Shown here one piece after another: positions 7,394-17,070 of a DNA stretch of 64,000 bases. The notes under the pieces were generated by a model that saw only the letters and a list, made by a program, of their open reading frames with translations, did no database searches and had not been told where the DNA came from. Origin of the DNA: a virus (Duplodnaviria > Caudoviricetes); IMG/VR virus record IMGVR_UViG_3300046453_000060, positions 2,207 to 66,206 of that record. One strand, 5' to 3'. The translations under genes and the position numbers were made by a program. Position 1 is the stretch's first letter. Each line of letters starts with the position of its first letter.

Positions 7394-10300
7394 CAATCGG
7401 TCCTTGTTGCAGGTTGCCCAATGACGTCCCACTTATCGAGGGTGTCTTTGGTTTCCATGGTGTGTGTCGCAATGGCGCGCAGGCCGGCGTTCAGGTCGGC
7501 GCGGAGTTGACTGTTTTCCTTGCGCAGTTCCCGCACTTCCACCACAAGCTCACTTACATCCACGCCGCCGCCGGAACTAGCGCGCGCCAGGAGCGCCGCC
7601 GTCTGGTTGCTGCTCCAGATTCGCGACGGCCCGGTCGCCTCCAGTTCTGGCCCGTTCTCACCGACGATCCGAAGACCACCGGCATGCGCGCCGCCCAAGG
7701 CAAAGCCCGGGATCTTGTGAAGGCCCTTGTACTCGTCCGACTCCATGAAGAACGAGCGGATCTTGTCGAGCGACGTGCCGCCAGCAAGGATGCCCTTCCA
7801 GTAATCAAAACCAGCAGCATCCGGCGCGCGGCCGAGCAAGTCCTGATAGAAGCCGGCGATTGTTGCCGTGCCGCCTACTACCGGGTTGGTCTGCGCAGTG
7901 CTGATCGACGACTGGAACGCCGCCAATGCCTGACCCAGCGACAAGGTTGCGATCGACTGGCCATTGAGCGCATCGAGCTGCAGCTGCCCGTTCGCCACGA
8001 TGCCGTCCAGGCGCGCCAGTTGAGCCTTCAGCGCGTCGAGCGAACGCTGCTCCACCGACAGCGAATCATCGGTAAGCCCTGCCAGCTGCGCGACATCGTT
8101 TTGTGTCTGCAGCAGGTCGCGCATGTAGTCGGCGTACGAGCCAAATTGCGAGCTCGCATCCTGCGTGACTGCGCTCAGCGCTTGCTTCAGCTTCTCCGAA
8201 TCCGGCAGCGGGCCGCCTGCTTTTGCGATCGCCAGCGCGGCGCGGATCTGCGCTTGGCCGACTGCGCGCTCCATCGCCTTTTGGTCCGGGGACTTGAGCG
8301 AATCGAGCGTGCTGTGGAGTGCTTGCGACAGGCTTTGCAGCTTGCCGAAAGCAGCCGTATGCGCGTCAATGCTCACCTGGATCACCGACTTCTCGCGCGA
8401 CACGACCCTTTGCAGCACCGAATACGAATCGTTGACGCCGGCGAGCATCGTGGCGGCTGCATCCTTTACGGCCTGCAGTGCTGCGGCGGCCTTGTCGACC
8501 GCTTCCGCCGCTGCATCCGCTGCCGGGTGCACCTGGGCGAATGCTTCCGCCAGGGCCAGCAAGGAATCCAACTGCCTTGCGCCCGACTCGCTCGCCGCGG
8601 CGCCGGAAGTGATCAGGCTATTGACCAAGGACTTGAACTCGTCCCGGGTTGCGGGAATCGTGCTCAGGCCCAGGCTGGCCAGCGCCTTATCGAGCGCTTC
8701 GGCTACCGGCTTGATACGCTCGGCATCCGTCAGGAAGTTCTGATTGAAAAACGCCGCCTGGGACGACAGCGCCGACAGACCACCGGCCATGTCGATCAGC
8801 TGCTCGCGCGCCTTCGCGCCACCCAGCCCTGCCGCACCAAACAGCGTGTCAGCCGAGAAGCCCAGAAGCTGCGCAACCTTGTCCGTACCCTGGAAGTCCC
8901 CTGCCAAGCGCTGCAGCGTGGCCGACAGCGCCTCGCCGGACTTTGCGAAGTCGTTCAGGTTCGGGACCAGCTTGCCGGCGATTTCGTCGCCGATTCCGGT
9001 AAAGAAATCGGTGATCGCCTGCTGATCCTTCGCCTGCTCGCCAGTCAGCTTCAGGTCGAACTCTTTGCTGTAGTCCTTGATCCAGTCAGCCTGCACACCC
9101 AGCGACATTGCGAAGCCCGACGATGCATTCTCGATCGCCGCCAGACCCTGCGTGAACTGCTTGATCATGGCGTCGGTCAGCGCCTTGGTATCGGTCCCGT
9201 TTTTATCGGAACGGAACCAGCCGCCATCCTGGTGGTAGCTCGTGTAACTCTGACCCGACAGGCTCGACGCCGAGAGCGTGCCCTTCAAGCCCTGATCAGT
9301 CACCTCCTTCGGCCCCATGCCGAAAGCACGGTTGACCAAGCCACTGATCGCGCCAGCCACCGCACCACCGATCGGGCCAAAAATGGCACTTGCAACCGCC
9401 GTGCCGATCTTCTCGGCCGTCATGAAGCCAGATCCGGTTTCGTACTTGCCGGAGATCGCCGAATTCAGCGTCGAGCCGATCATGTAGCCGCCGACAGTGC
9501 CGCCGATCTGCCCTGCCCACTGTGCAGCTTGCCCAGGTGCGCCACTGCCCATCGACAGACCGAGCTTATCGAAGCCGGTTTGCACGCCGCTCGCGATGGA
9601 CTGCTCCATCGTTCCGCCGCTCTTGAACATGGTGTACACGTTCGATGCTGCCTGCGCCGCAGTGATCGTGCTATTGCCTGCGCCGATGCTGCCGGCTGTG
9701 GCATCAGGGCCGCCGGCCATGGCTTGCGCCATCGCCGTCGAGCCATCGAAACCGACCGATGCACCGATATTGACGATCCACTTCTTCATGGTCATCTGAT
9801 AGAGCCAGTCGAAGAAGATGTTCTTCGCCGAGTCCCGCATGCGCGCCCATGCGTTTTTGCTGCTGTCGAAGATGCTGATGAAGGTGTCGTGCGCGGTCTG
9901 CTCGATCGACGCCCACATCTTCTTTTGCTCGTCCAGTTGAGGCTTGATCGACTGGTTTCGATACCAGACGACATACTCCTGCTGCAGCAGCTTTTGAGCC
10001 TCAGTGCCATCGCCTGCCAACGCGATGCGCTCCTGCCAAAGCTGGGAATCGATCGCGAGCTGCGCGCTGGCTCGCTCCCTGTCATCAGCGATGTAGTCCA
10101 GGCCAAAGCGTTTGTTCTCTTCCGCAAGCTGAGACGCGTACTGCAGCGCCTTCGTTTGGCCAAGAGTGGCCTCGCCAACGAGGATGCGAGCCCGCTTTTC
10201 AGCATCCAACTGCGTTAACATCCGCTCAGTGATGGGTTCTTTCTTTGCCTCCAAGTCAGCAAGTTGTTGCTTTCTCCATGCTTCAGCTTCAATCGCAACC

Positions 10301-11859
10301 ATCGCAATGGCACGAGCATCGGTCGTTTTTCCGTACATCGCGTACTCGACATCGAGTACTTCGACCATCTTCTCGCGAGCGGCAGTACTTGCTGCAATGG
10401 CCAACGTCACGCTGCGCTGCGCCTTATCCGCTGAAACGGCCTTTTCCGATACATCGAGCTGATCAAGCATTGCCTGGGTCAGGCGCTTGTGACCATCGGT
10501 GAGCTTCAGCTTCCCGCTCTCCAACTCTTGATCGATTTTGATCTGCAGCTTCTGTCCCTCGGTCAGATCGCGACCCACTTCCAACTCGAGCCTGTTCTCT
10601 TCGATCTTCGACCGAATTGCTGCGGTCAGGGTAGCGAACGAATCCGCCTCCTTCTTTCGGGCCGCCGCGGCGGCTGTGTCGGCCGTGGAATCGAAGTCCA
10701 GATTCTTTTTCGCCTCTTTGGCCTCGACGCCGACTTTCCGCACCTCCTCCATGCGAGCGCGCAGCTGGCTGCCGAAGGTCTCTTCGCTCCACGTCTTGTC
10801 GAGGGTATCGCCCAGGTCTGAGAAGATTTGCTTGGTCTGGCCGACCGCAGAATTAACTACGCCGATCGCCCCGCTAAAGTCACCGTGAAGTGCTTTATTT
10901 CCAGCTTCGATCATGGCGCCGATATTTGTGCCAAGGACCGCCATCGAAGCGCCGATAACCGTGCCTATCGAGGAAAACACTCGCTTGACGCCCTCCGCGG
11001 CGTCGAAGACGTAGGTCAGCCCATCGACCGCCATGCGCGACCAGTTCGTGACCGAGCCGTCTTTCGACAGCTTCGAGATGTTGTCTTTAAGGCCGCCCGC
11101 TCCTGTGGTAACGGTGAGGAATGCGTCGCTCGCCTCATAGAGGGCTGGCAGCATGCCCATGGAGAGGTCTTTCTTCCACTCCTCGCTCGCCTTCTTAATC
11201 TTGGTGAGGTTGTCGCCAAAGTCATCGGCCATCGCTGCCTGCATGGCCTTCGATGCCTTTTCCTGCTCGGTCAACTTGGCTGTTACCGCATCGGACTCGT
11301 CCGCCAGGTCTTTCAGGAAGGGCAGCATCTTTGCCCCCTCCTTGCCGTACAGCGTCATTGCAACAGCAGCTTTACCGGTGCCGTCCCGGAACTGGTCCAT
11401 CGCTTTCGCGACGGTCAGCATTTGCTCATCCGGCGCCATGGCTTTTAGCCTGTCGAAGTCAAGACCCAAGGCTTTGATGGCTTGCCCGACACCAGCGCTA
11501 TCCTCGCCGGCACCCGACATGCCCTTGGCCATCTTTCCCATCGCACCAGTGATGCCGTCGATGGTCGTTTCCGAGGTTGATGCGACGGACTTGAAGGCCA
11601 TCAGTGATGCAACGCTGGCACCAGTCTGGATCGACAGGTCGTGCATTCCGCCGGCGGCCTCGATTGAGCCGTTGACCATGCCGGCAAACGCCTTCACCGA
11701 CGAGACGCCAGCAAACAGGATCATCGCTTTCTTGGCGAGGTCGACCACCTTGGTGATGTCGCCCATGGCGCCGCTAACGACACTGCGGGCACGGTCCATA
11801 TCAGCCTGCAGCCGAGCGATGTCAGCGCGAAGCCTGATTTCCATGTCGCCGATGATCAT
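7393..11859 (-). CDS. Tape measure protein (C-terminal DUF4214-like segment)
   Basis: About 1490 aa, Ala-rich helical; FYQDLLGRAPDAAGFDYW; IPGFALGG...VGENGPELE. Confidence 0.93.
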   Translation of the reverse strand: MIIGDMEIRLRADIARLQADMDRARSVVSGAMGDITKVVDLAKKAMILFAGVSSVKAFAGMVNGSIEAAGGMHDLSIQTGASVASLMAFKSVASTSETTIDGITGAMGKMAKGMSGAGEDSAGVGQAIKALGLDFDRLKAMAPDEQMLTVAKAMDQFRDGTGKAAVAMTLYGKEGAKMLPFLKDLADESDAVTAKLTEQEKASKAMQAAMADDFGDNLTKIKKASEEWKKDLSMGMLPALYEASDAFLTVTTGAGGLKDNISKLSKDGSVTNWSRMAVDGLTYVFDAAEGVKRVFSSIGTVIGASMAVLGTNIGAMIEAGNKALHGDFSGAIGVVNSAVGQTKQIFSDLGDTLDKTWSEETFGSQLRARMEEVRKVGVEAKEAKKNLDFDSTADTAAAAARKKEADSFATLTAAIRSKIEENRLELEVGRDLTEGQKLQIKIDQELESGKLKLTDGHKRLTQAMLDQLDVSEKAVSADKAQRSVTLAIAASTAAREKMVEVLDVEYAMYGKTTDARAIAMVAIEAEAWRKQQLADLEAKKEPITERMLTQLDAEKRARILVGEATLGQTKALQYASQLAEENKRFGLDYIADDRERASAQLAIDSQLWQERIALAGDGTEAQKLLQQEYVVWYRNQSIKPQLDEQKKMWASIEQTAHDTFISIFDSSKNAWARMRDSAKNIFFDWLYQMTMKKWIVNIGASVGFDGSTAMAQAMAGGPDATAGSIGAGNSTITAAQAASNVYTMFKSGGTMEQSIASGVQTGFDKLGLSMGSGAPGQAAQWAGQIGGTVGGYMIGSTLNSAISGKYETGSGFMTAEKIGTAVASAIFGPIGGAVAGAISGLVNRAFGMGPKEVTDQGLKGTLSASSLSGQSYTSYHQDGGWFRSDKNGTDTKALTDAMIKQFTQGLAAIENASSGFAMSLGVQADWIKDYSKEFDLKLTGEQAKDQQAITDFFTGIGDEIAGKLVPNLNDFAKSGEALSATLQRLAGDFQGTDKVAQLLGFSADTLFGAAGLGGAKAREQLIDMAGGLSALSSQAAFFNQNFLTDAERIKPVAEALDKALASLGLSTIPATRDEFKSLVNSLITSGAAASESGARQLDSLLALAEAFAQVHPAADAAAEAVDKAAAALQAVKDAAATMLAGVNDSYSVLQRVVSREKSVIQVSIDAHTAAFGKLQSLSQALHSTLDSLKSPDQKAMERAVGQAQIRAALAIAKAGGPLPDSEKLKQALSAVTQDASSQFGSYADYMRDLLQTQNDVAQLAGLTDDSLSVEQRSLDALKAQLARLDGIVANGQLQLDALNGQSIATLSLGQALAAFQSSISTAQTNPVVGGTATIAGFYQDLLGRAPDAAGFDYWKGILAGGTSLDKIRSFFMESDEYKGLHKIPGFALGGAHAGGLRIVGENGPELEATGPSRIWSSNQTAALLARASSGGGVDVSELVVEVRELRKENSQLRADLNAGLRAIATHTMETKDTLDKWDVIGQPATRTD

Positions 11860-11872
11860 CCGTTTCCCCAAT

Positions 11873-11895
11873 AAAAAAGCCGCCCGAAGGCGGCT
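11873..11895 (-). terminator. Rho-independent terminator ending the moron transcript
   Basis: Minus strand agccgcc-ttcg-ggcggct followed by a T-run. Confidence 0.75.
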
Positions 11896-11921
11896 GTCAA
11901 GAAGCTCGGTCGTGCCGAGTA

Positions 11922-12407
11922 CTAAAGGTCCATCTTAATTCGTGACGCCATGGCATCCATTCGCCGCATCTCAGAGTTAGTTCGGGCGGAAAATCCTCTA
12001 GAACCATCGGCCTCAGTCGGGCGCATAGCATCAAACACCGCACCCCATTCGGCGAAATAGTCCTTTAGCCGAGGTGAAACGGCTTCACTGGCGCCTGGCA
12101 TCGCCATCAAGGCATCAAATTCCGAAGCAACCTTTGCCTTGTAATCTGCGTTCTTTGCTGAGATTTCTGTGACTGCCCCCGCGCGAGGCACCATCATGAA
12201 GTTTTGCCACTGTAGTGTGGTGACTGCTAAATACGCCTGCGCTGACTGCATAAATTTGATCGCGGCCTGCTTGAACTCAGCGCGCGCGTCCTGACCCACG
12301 CCTGCAGCTGCATTTGCCTGAGGCAGAGCAGCTGCGATGCTCAGAGATAAGGGCGCACACACTCCAGCGGCCAGCAAAATACTTACAACCCATCCATAAC
12401 GCTTCAT
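11922..12407 (-). CDS. Moron: predicted exported protein, function unknown
   Basis: Signal-peptide-like N-terminus; lower GC than flanks; sits between tail chaperone and tape measure genes. Confidence 0.7.
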   Translation of the reverse strand: MKRYGWVVSILLAAGVCAPLSLSIAAALPQANAAAGVGQDARAEFKQAAIKFMQSAQAYLAVTTLQWQNFMMVPRAGAVTEISAKNADYKAKVASEFDALMAMPGASEAVSPRLKDYFAEWGAVFDAMRPTEADGSRGFSARTNSEMRRMDAMASRIKMDL

Positions 12408-12551
12408 ATCGCCCTCCGTTAGTAACGAATGGCAATACTACATCAGCGCAAATAGCCACCCGGATTTCTCGGGGCGGCTCTTAGGAGTACTGGTTAATCC
12501 AATCAGTTCGACGCCCGTCAGTCCCTTAGCGGGCTAGAATAGGCGCAATCC

Positions 12552-13538
12552 CTATTGGTTGAAGTCCAACTCCTTCTGGTCGCCGAAGCGATCTCGAATC
12601 TTTTGTTCGTATTCTTCCTTGGTCTTCGACGACTCGACCATCTCGAGGATGCGACCCATGTGAATCCGTAACGCGCGCGTGCCGATCTCGGAGAGGAACT
12701 GATGCAGCTTCTTTGTCCGGTCGCCACTGGCGGCTTTATTCACCTGCATCAACTCGAGCAACTTACCGTTGCTCTTGGCGAGTGGAAAGTAGATGTGATT
12801 AAGGGTCAGGGTCTTGAACTCCCAAGGGCGGCCGCGTTCGAACTTGGGGATCTCGTACAGCTTGTACCACTCCTCATACAACTGAGGAGGAAATTCCTTC
12901 TCGTACTCTTTCGCCTCCTGCTGGACGTAATTCTTGAAGGCTGTGATGATCTCTTCGCGGGTAGCATCGTACCCGGAAAGCGCATAGACCAATCCCTTAA
13001 TGCCGGCCTTAGCGGAAGCGCCAAGGATCACGTGCGCCTGACGCGCAATGTGGAGTTGCGAAGATTGGAGCTTGCCATCCGTTTCCGCATCGATGATCGC
13101 CTTACAAAGGTCGATCAGAATCGTCACGTCATACCCGTGCACCTCGGATTTCGCCTGCGAGCCCGCGCCCGGCACAACTCCTTGAAAAATAACGGGATTA
13201 TCGAGTTTTTCGCGTAGCTCGCGCCCGACATAATTCGAGATTGTCTTCCCGTTGACGAAGCTCGTTAAACGGCTGCCACCCTCACTAAAGCCGAGTGCCA
13301 CGGCCATCCCTCGCTTACTGACGACCGCTGTCTTCGCATCGTCATTTAGGACGTAGCATTCCACATCCATCCCGAAATCCTGCTTAAAGGTGCCGGTGTG
13401 CGTAGCTTGCAGCGGCTTCGCGCCCCAGCGCGCCTCAGCCGCCTTTTTAGCGATCGCACTTTTCGCCGCAGGCGTAAGTGACTGTGCGCGGGCGATGCCG
13501 CCAGCAGCTTTAGTCTGGTTTTTGGGTTTGGTAGCCAT
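12552..13538 (-). CDS. P63C-domain protein (moron)
   Basis: GGIARAQSLTP...AIAKKAAEARW N-terminus, VECYVL, YEKEFP..LYEEWYKLY, KKLHQFLSE. Confidence 0.85.
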   Translation of the reverse strand: MATKPKNQTKAAGGIARAQSLTPAAKSAIAKKAAEARWGAKPLQATHTGTFKQDFGMDVECYVLNDDAKTAVVSKRGMAVALGFSEGGSRLTSFVNGKTISNYVGRELREKLDNPVIFQGVVPGAGSQAKSEVHGYDVTILIDLCKAIIDAETDGKLQSSQLHIARQAHVILGASAKAGIKGLVYALSGYDATREEIITAFKNYVQQEAKEYEKEFPPQLYEEWYKLYEIPKFERGRPWEFKTLTLNHIYFPLAKSNGKLLELMQVNKAASGDRTKKLHQFLSEIGTRALRIHMGRILEMVESSKTKEEYEQKIRDRFGDQKELDFNQ

Positions 13539-13624
13539 GCAAGCATCCTCGGTGGTTGATGTGCTTGCATCGTATCAGCGCCGGAGAATGCATGCAAGCA
13601 TATTTTATAAAACGATGCTTGCAT
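13537..13624. promoter_or_regulatory. Two inverted-repeat operator-like sites (ATGCAAGCAT ... RTGCTTGCAT) upstream of the P63C gene
   Basis: Half-sites at 13537-46, 13561-70, 13592-601 and 13615-24. Confidence 0.6.
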
Positions 13625-13681
13625 CCAAGGTAGGGGCTAGCAGCCCCTCCCTGACATCCACCCGCAGGGCATCATGCCCGA

Positions 13682-14034
13682 TCAATCCCGTTTCATTATC
13701 TCTTCAAGCGCCACCGCGTCGAACGCCTCGATTACATCCAGCTCCCATGAAGTGAACCGCACACCGTGCAGCTGCTGGTACGCCAAAATGTTCTCCGGCT
13801 GGATCGGACCCGGCCCGTTGGCTGTCATCGAACGGCCGATGCCGCGAAATGCCTCCCAGATTGAGAGCCCGAACTTGGGCCAGGCGACGTTTAGCCGAGG
13901 ATCTGGGACGCCGGTGTTCTTGGCAGCGCGCTGCAGGTGAGTGCGCAGCGTAGCGCCGTCACCCTGCCGCGCCGACAGCTCATACTCGGCGCGGCAGCAC
14001 TCCGTCAGGCTTTCGCGGAGTCGGCGATAAAAAG
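13682..14034 (-). CDS. Tail assembly chaperone, T segment (probably expressed as a G-T fusion by -1 frameshift)
   Basis: Open -1 frame overlapping the G end; GPGPIQPENILAYQQL..TSWELDVI motif; no obvious own start codon. Confidence 0.7.
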
Positions 14035-14457
14035 CTCCGTCTTGTGGATGCCGGCGCGGACCTGGGCGCGCACCCACTGCTTGGTCGGGTCCGACAGCAG
14101 GGCGCGGACATTCGCCGGCGTGCACTCCACCGGCTGGCCACCGCGGGCGATGTTCCAGCTCAGCACTGACGCCACCAGGTAGTCGAGCTCATCTTCCAGA
14201 TCTTCCAGCGGATCGCTCGACGGCATCTTGCCGGTGGCGGCGAACTCAGCGCGCAGCTTGCGGGTGCGGGTCAGGTCGATGCGCTTGCGCGATTCGTGCT
14301 CCGGACTCGCCAGCTCGACGTAGGTACTGGTCGGCTCCTTGGTTCTCGGGTTCACCAGGATCAGCTTGCCGCTGCGGACGTCGTCGAAAGCGTCGATGTC
14401 GAGGGAGTCAATCAGTTTGTTCAGCAGGTCGGAGGGTTGTGCGGTGTTCGTGTTCAT
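14005..14457 (-). CDS. Tail assembly chaperone G
   Basis: Follows the tail tube gene; WNI...VECTPANVRALL...WVRAQV. Confidence 0.8.
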   Translation of the reverse strand: MNTNTAQPSDLLNKLIDSLDIDAFDDVRSGKLILVNPRTKEPTSTYVELASPEHESRKRIDLTRTRKLRAEFAATGKMPSSDPLEDLEDELDYLVASVLSWNIARGGQPVECTPANVRALLSDPTKQWVRAQVRAGIHKTELFIADSAKA

Positions 14458-14566
14458 AGCTTCTCTTTCGCGGAGTAGTGAAAATGTGCCCGTGCCGGCC
14501 GCCGCGCCCGCGAAAGGCGACGGCAGCCGGTCGGTGCCTGGGTTGCCGCACGAGGCGGCGGGAGGG

Positions 14567-15778
14567 TTACATCGCGCTGTCTTGAATCGCGATGGTCGTG
14601 AGGTCTTCCGGCTGGCCGGCGCCGCCATCGGCATTCAGCAGCGCCTGGAACGGGATCGTCTGCACCAGGATCTTTTCGCCGTCATCTTTCGACGCGCCGT
14701 TGACCTTGATGCGGTTCATGGCGAAGGCGATGAAGTCCGAGGCCGGCGTGTTGTCGGCAGTGAAGGCCAGGTAGGCGCTCGTTTCGACTTCGTTGTAGAA
14801 GGCGTCGCGCAGCGAGGTCGAGTCGAACTTGGCGGTGATCTGACCGGTGACGATGACGCGGCCGGTGGCGACCTGATCGGCGGTGTTGGAACCGATGCCC
14901 TGCTCGCTCGACTGCGCGCACGAGATTTCGATGCTCGCACTGGTAATGGTGCCGCCGGTCGCCGATCCGACCTTGACGACGCCGTTCACCGCGGCCATCG
15001 TGCCGGTAACGGTCACCGGAGTCGGACTGGTGAAATACTGCGCGGTGCCGGGGGTGGCATCCTTGCCGACGAATTCGACTGCCACCGTTGCCATGCCAGT
15101 CGCCGGCAACGTGAAGGTCACTTTCGACACCTTGCAGCCGCTATAGACCTCGCTGGCCGGAACATCCGGATGCCAGTGCTCGATCGAGAACGACTTGTCG
15201 GTGTGGCCGGACTGCGGAATCATGGCCTTCTTGCCGATCACGGTCACGGTCGCAGTTGCGATCGGCCCCTCGGCAACCAGGGCCGAGCCGTTCAGGACGA
15301 CGCCGGTCAGTGCCAGTGTCGTCGCATTCGTTACCTGGATGTTCTTACCCAGGTTGGCGGCATTGAAGGCGCCGGCCGTCAGACGGATCACGTCGCCGAT
15401 CTTTACACCGTCCGTCAGGAACGAGCCTGCGGCGCGCGTAATCGTCCAGGCGCCTGCAGTGCCGCCGATGGTGATCGATGCACCGGTGACAGCCACGCCG
15501 GCCACGAAGTCCTTCTTCAGAGCTGCGGCGATGAAGTCGCCCCAGGTCTTGGCCGACAGCTCGCCACTGATCGAACCGCCGACCTTGCGCAGGCCGTGAC
15601 GGAAGTCCGCCACCTGGAAGTCCGGGCGAATCTCGTTCGATTGGTAGGTATCCTTGGTCAGGTCCAGGCTCGACGTCACGCGGCGCATTGCCTGCGCGGC
15701 GGCCGCGGCCGGCATGACGCCGTAGGTAGCCTCCACCTTGTAGGTGACCTGCTTAAAAACTCCGCTTGCGGTTCCCAT
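14567..15778 (-). CDS. Major tail tube protein
   Basis: YKVEATYG, YQSNEIRPD, GGSISGELS, SFSIEHW; strong RBS aaggag. Confidence 0.9.
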   Translation of the reverse strand: MGTASGVFKQVTYKVEATYGVMPAAAAAQAMRRVTSSLDLTKDTYQSNEIRPDFQVADFRHGLRKVGGSISGELSAKTWGDFIAAALKKDFVAGVAVTGASITIGGTAGAWTITRAAGSFLTDGVKIGDVIRLTAGAFNAANLGKNIQVTNATTLALTGVVLNGSALVAEGPIATATVTVIGKKAMIPQSGHTDKSFSIEHWHPDVPASEVYSGCKVSKVTFTLPATGMATVAVEFVGKDATPGTAQYFTSPTPVTVTGTMAAVNGVVKVGSATGGTITSASIEISCAQSSEQGIGSNTADQVATGRVIVTGQITAKFDSTSLRDAFYNEVETSAYLAFTADNTPASDFIAFAMNRIKVNGASKDDGEKILVQTIPFQALLNADGGAGQPEDLTTIAIQDSAM

Positions 15779-15795
15779 GCTTCTCCTTTGGGCAT

Positions 15796-15827
15796 AAAAA
15801 AAGCCCGCAAGCGGATGCTTTGCGGGC
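15796..15827 (-). terminator. Terminator-like hairpin upstream of the tail tube gene
   Basis: Minus strand gcccgcaa...ttgcgggc followed by ttttttt. Confidence 0.6.
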
Positions 15828-15849
15828 CGGGTTGATGATGCTGATGCTG

Positions 15850-16251
15850 CTAGTTTTGTTCGTAGTACGTGACCTGAAAATCGATGCTCTGGAAGCAGTT
15901 TCCCGCGGCGTCATCTAGATCTGGGCCGACCGTGTCGCGCACAACACTGATCACACTCTCGTCGGCAATCTGTCCGCCTTGGAAGTTGCACGCGCGCCGC
16001 ACCAACTTGATCAGCGCCTTCACCTCTGGATAGGTCTCGCACATGACGGTGACTTGCACTCGCTGGGTGACGATTGAGCACTCCGCCCGGGCATCAAGCC
16101 GACCAACAGGCCTGTCGCCGACCTCGGTAATGCCCAGCGCCGGCAGCGCCGTTCCAGCCTTCACGATGCCGGCGACAATCCGCTCAACGGGCACGCGTAC
16201 CGTGACCGCGGGCACACTGGTGAGCAGTGCGCGAATAATCTTTGAGCTCAT
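15850..16251 (-). CDS. Tail completion/terminator protein (DUF3168-like)
   Basis: Position, size, RVQVTV and SIDFQVTY strands. Confidence 0.75.
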   Translation of the reverse strand: MSSKIIRALLTSVPAVTVRVPVERIVAGIVKAGTALPALGITEVGDRPVGRLDARAECSIVTQRVQVTVMCETYPEVKALIKLVRRACNFQGGQIADESVISVVRDTVGPDLDDAAGNCFQSIDFQVTYYEQN

Positions 16252-16730
16252 GATTCCTCCGGCGCCGGTACGTTGATGCCCTCTTTCGTCAGGCGCTCGC
16301 GGATTTTCGCGGCCGAGGCGGCGATTGCTGCCGCGGCAGCACTGTCAAAAGCGGGGCGCATGAAAGGCTTGGGCTTTGCGCCCGGATGATCAACTTCGCT
16401 GACCGTGACGCCGCCAAAGGACAGTGCGCGCTCGTTCTTCGCCTTGATTTTGTGCGCCGCAGTGCCGAATTCGACCCAGTGCCAGTGCGGGGCCTTTTTT
16501 CCGCCCGCTTTGAGCGAGGCATACACGGTTCCGTTCTTCGAGCGTGTAGTGACGCGAATGCTGCGCTCCAGGTCGCCGTCGTCCACCGGCACACCCTGCT
16601 TCGCTGCCTTCTTGAACTCGTTCGCGCCTGCGCGCATTGCGGCGCGCAAAATGTTGCGCTCGACTTTCACCGGCAAAGTCTGCAGGAAAGCGTCGAGCTC
16701 GCGGCCACCGACAATTGCTTGCTCATCCAC
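16248..16730 (-). CDS. HK97 gp10-family neck/tail protein
   Basis: VPVDDGDLERSI, HWVEFGT, HPGAKPKPFMRPAFD; GTG start. Confidence 0.88.
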   Translation of the reverse strand: MDEQAIVGGRELDAFLQTLPVKVERNILRAAMRAGANEFKKAAKQGVPVDDGDLERSIRVTTRSKNGTVYASLKAGGKKAPHWHWVEFGTAAHKIKAKNERALSFGGVTVSEVDHPGAKPKPFMRPAFDSAAAAAIAASAAKIRERLTKEGINVPAPEES

Positions 16731-17070
16731 GGCCGTAGCCCTCCAACATGAACTCCACGTGCCGGCGGTCGTCCAACTGCGCCGGCCCGGCGATGATTTG
16801 CATGAGGCGGTCACGCTTGCCGTGCAGCGTTACTCGCATTTCAGTAGTGATCCGGTCGTCGATGTGAATTCGGAGTCGCGTGCGAGTCACCGACGTCGCC
16901 AGGCCGTTGCTCGTCGACTCGCCGCGGCTCGGCAGCTGGTCCTGAACGTTGCACCAGATCTTCTCGGCCACCACTTCCCAGCTCTCGACTTCGGTGCCGT
17001 AGTCGGGGTCGCGCGCCGAGGTGCGCTGCTCGATCGTGCACTGCTCATCCATTCGGAACGGCGCCGTCAT
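16723..17070 (-). CDS. Head closure (head-tail adaptor) protein
   Basis: TIEQRT..RDPDYG...W...W, ITTEMRV. Confidence 0.85.
   Translation of the reverse strand: MTAPFRMDEQCTIEQRTSARDPDYGTEVESWEVVAEKIWCNVQDQLPSRGESTSNGLATSVTRTRLRIHIDDRITTEMRVTLHGKRDRLMQIIAGPAQLDDRRHVEFMLEGYGRG

Noticed and set aside
7414-10218. 934-aa plus-strand ORF
   Set aside because: Antisense shadow of the GC-rich tape measure gene; no motifs or RBS
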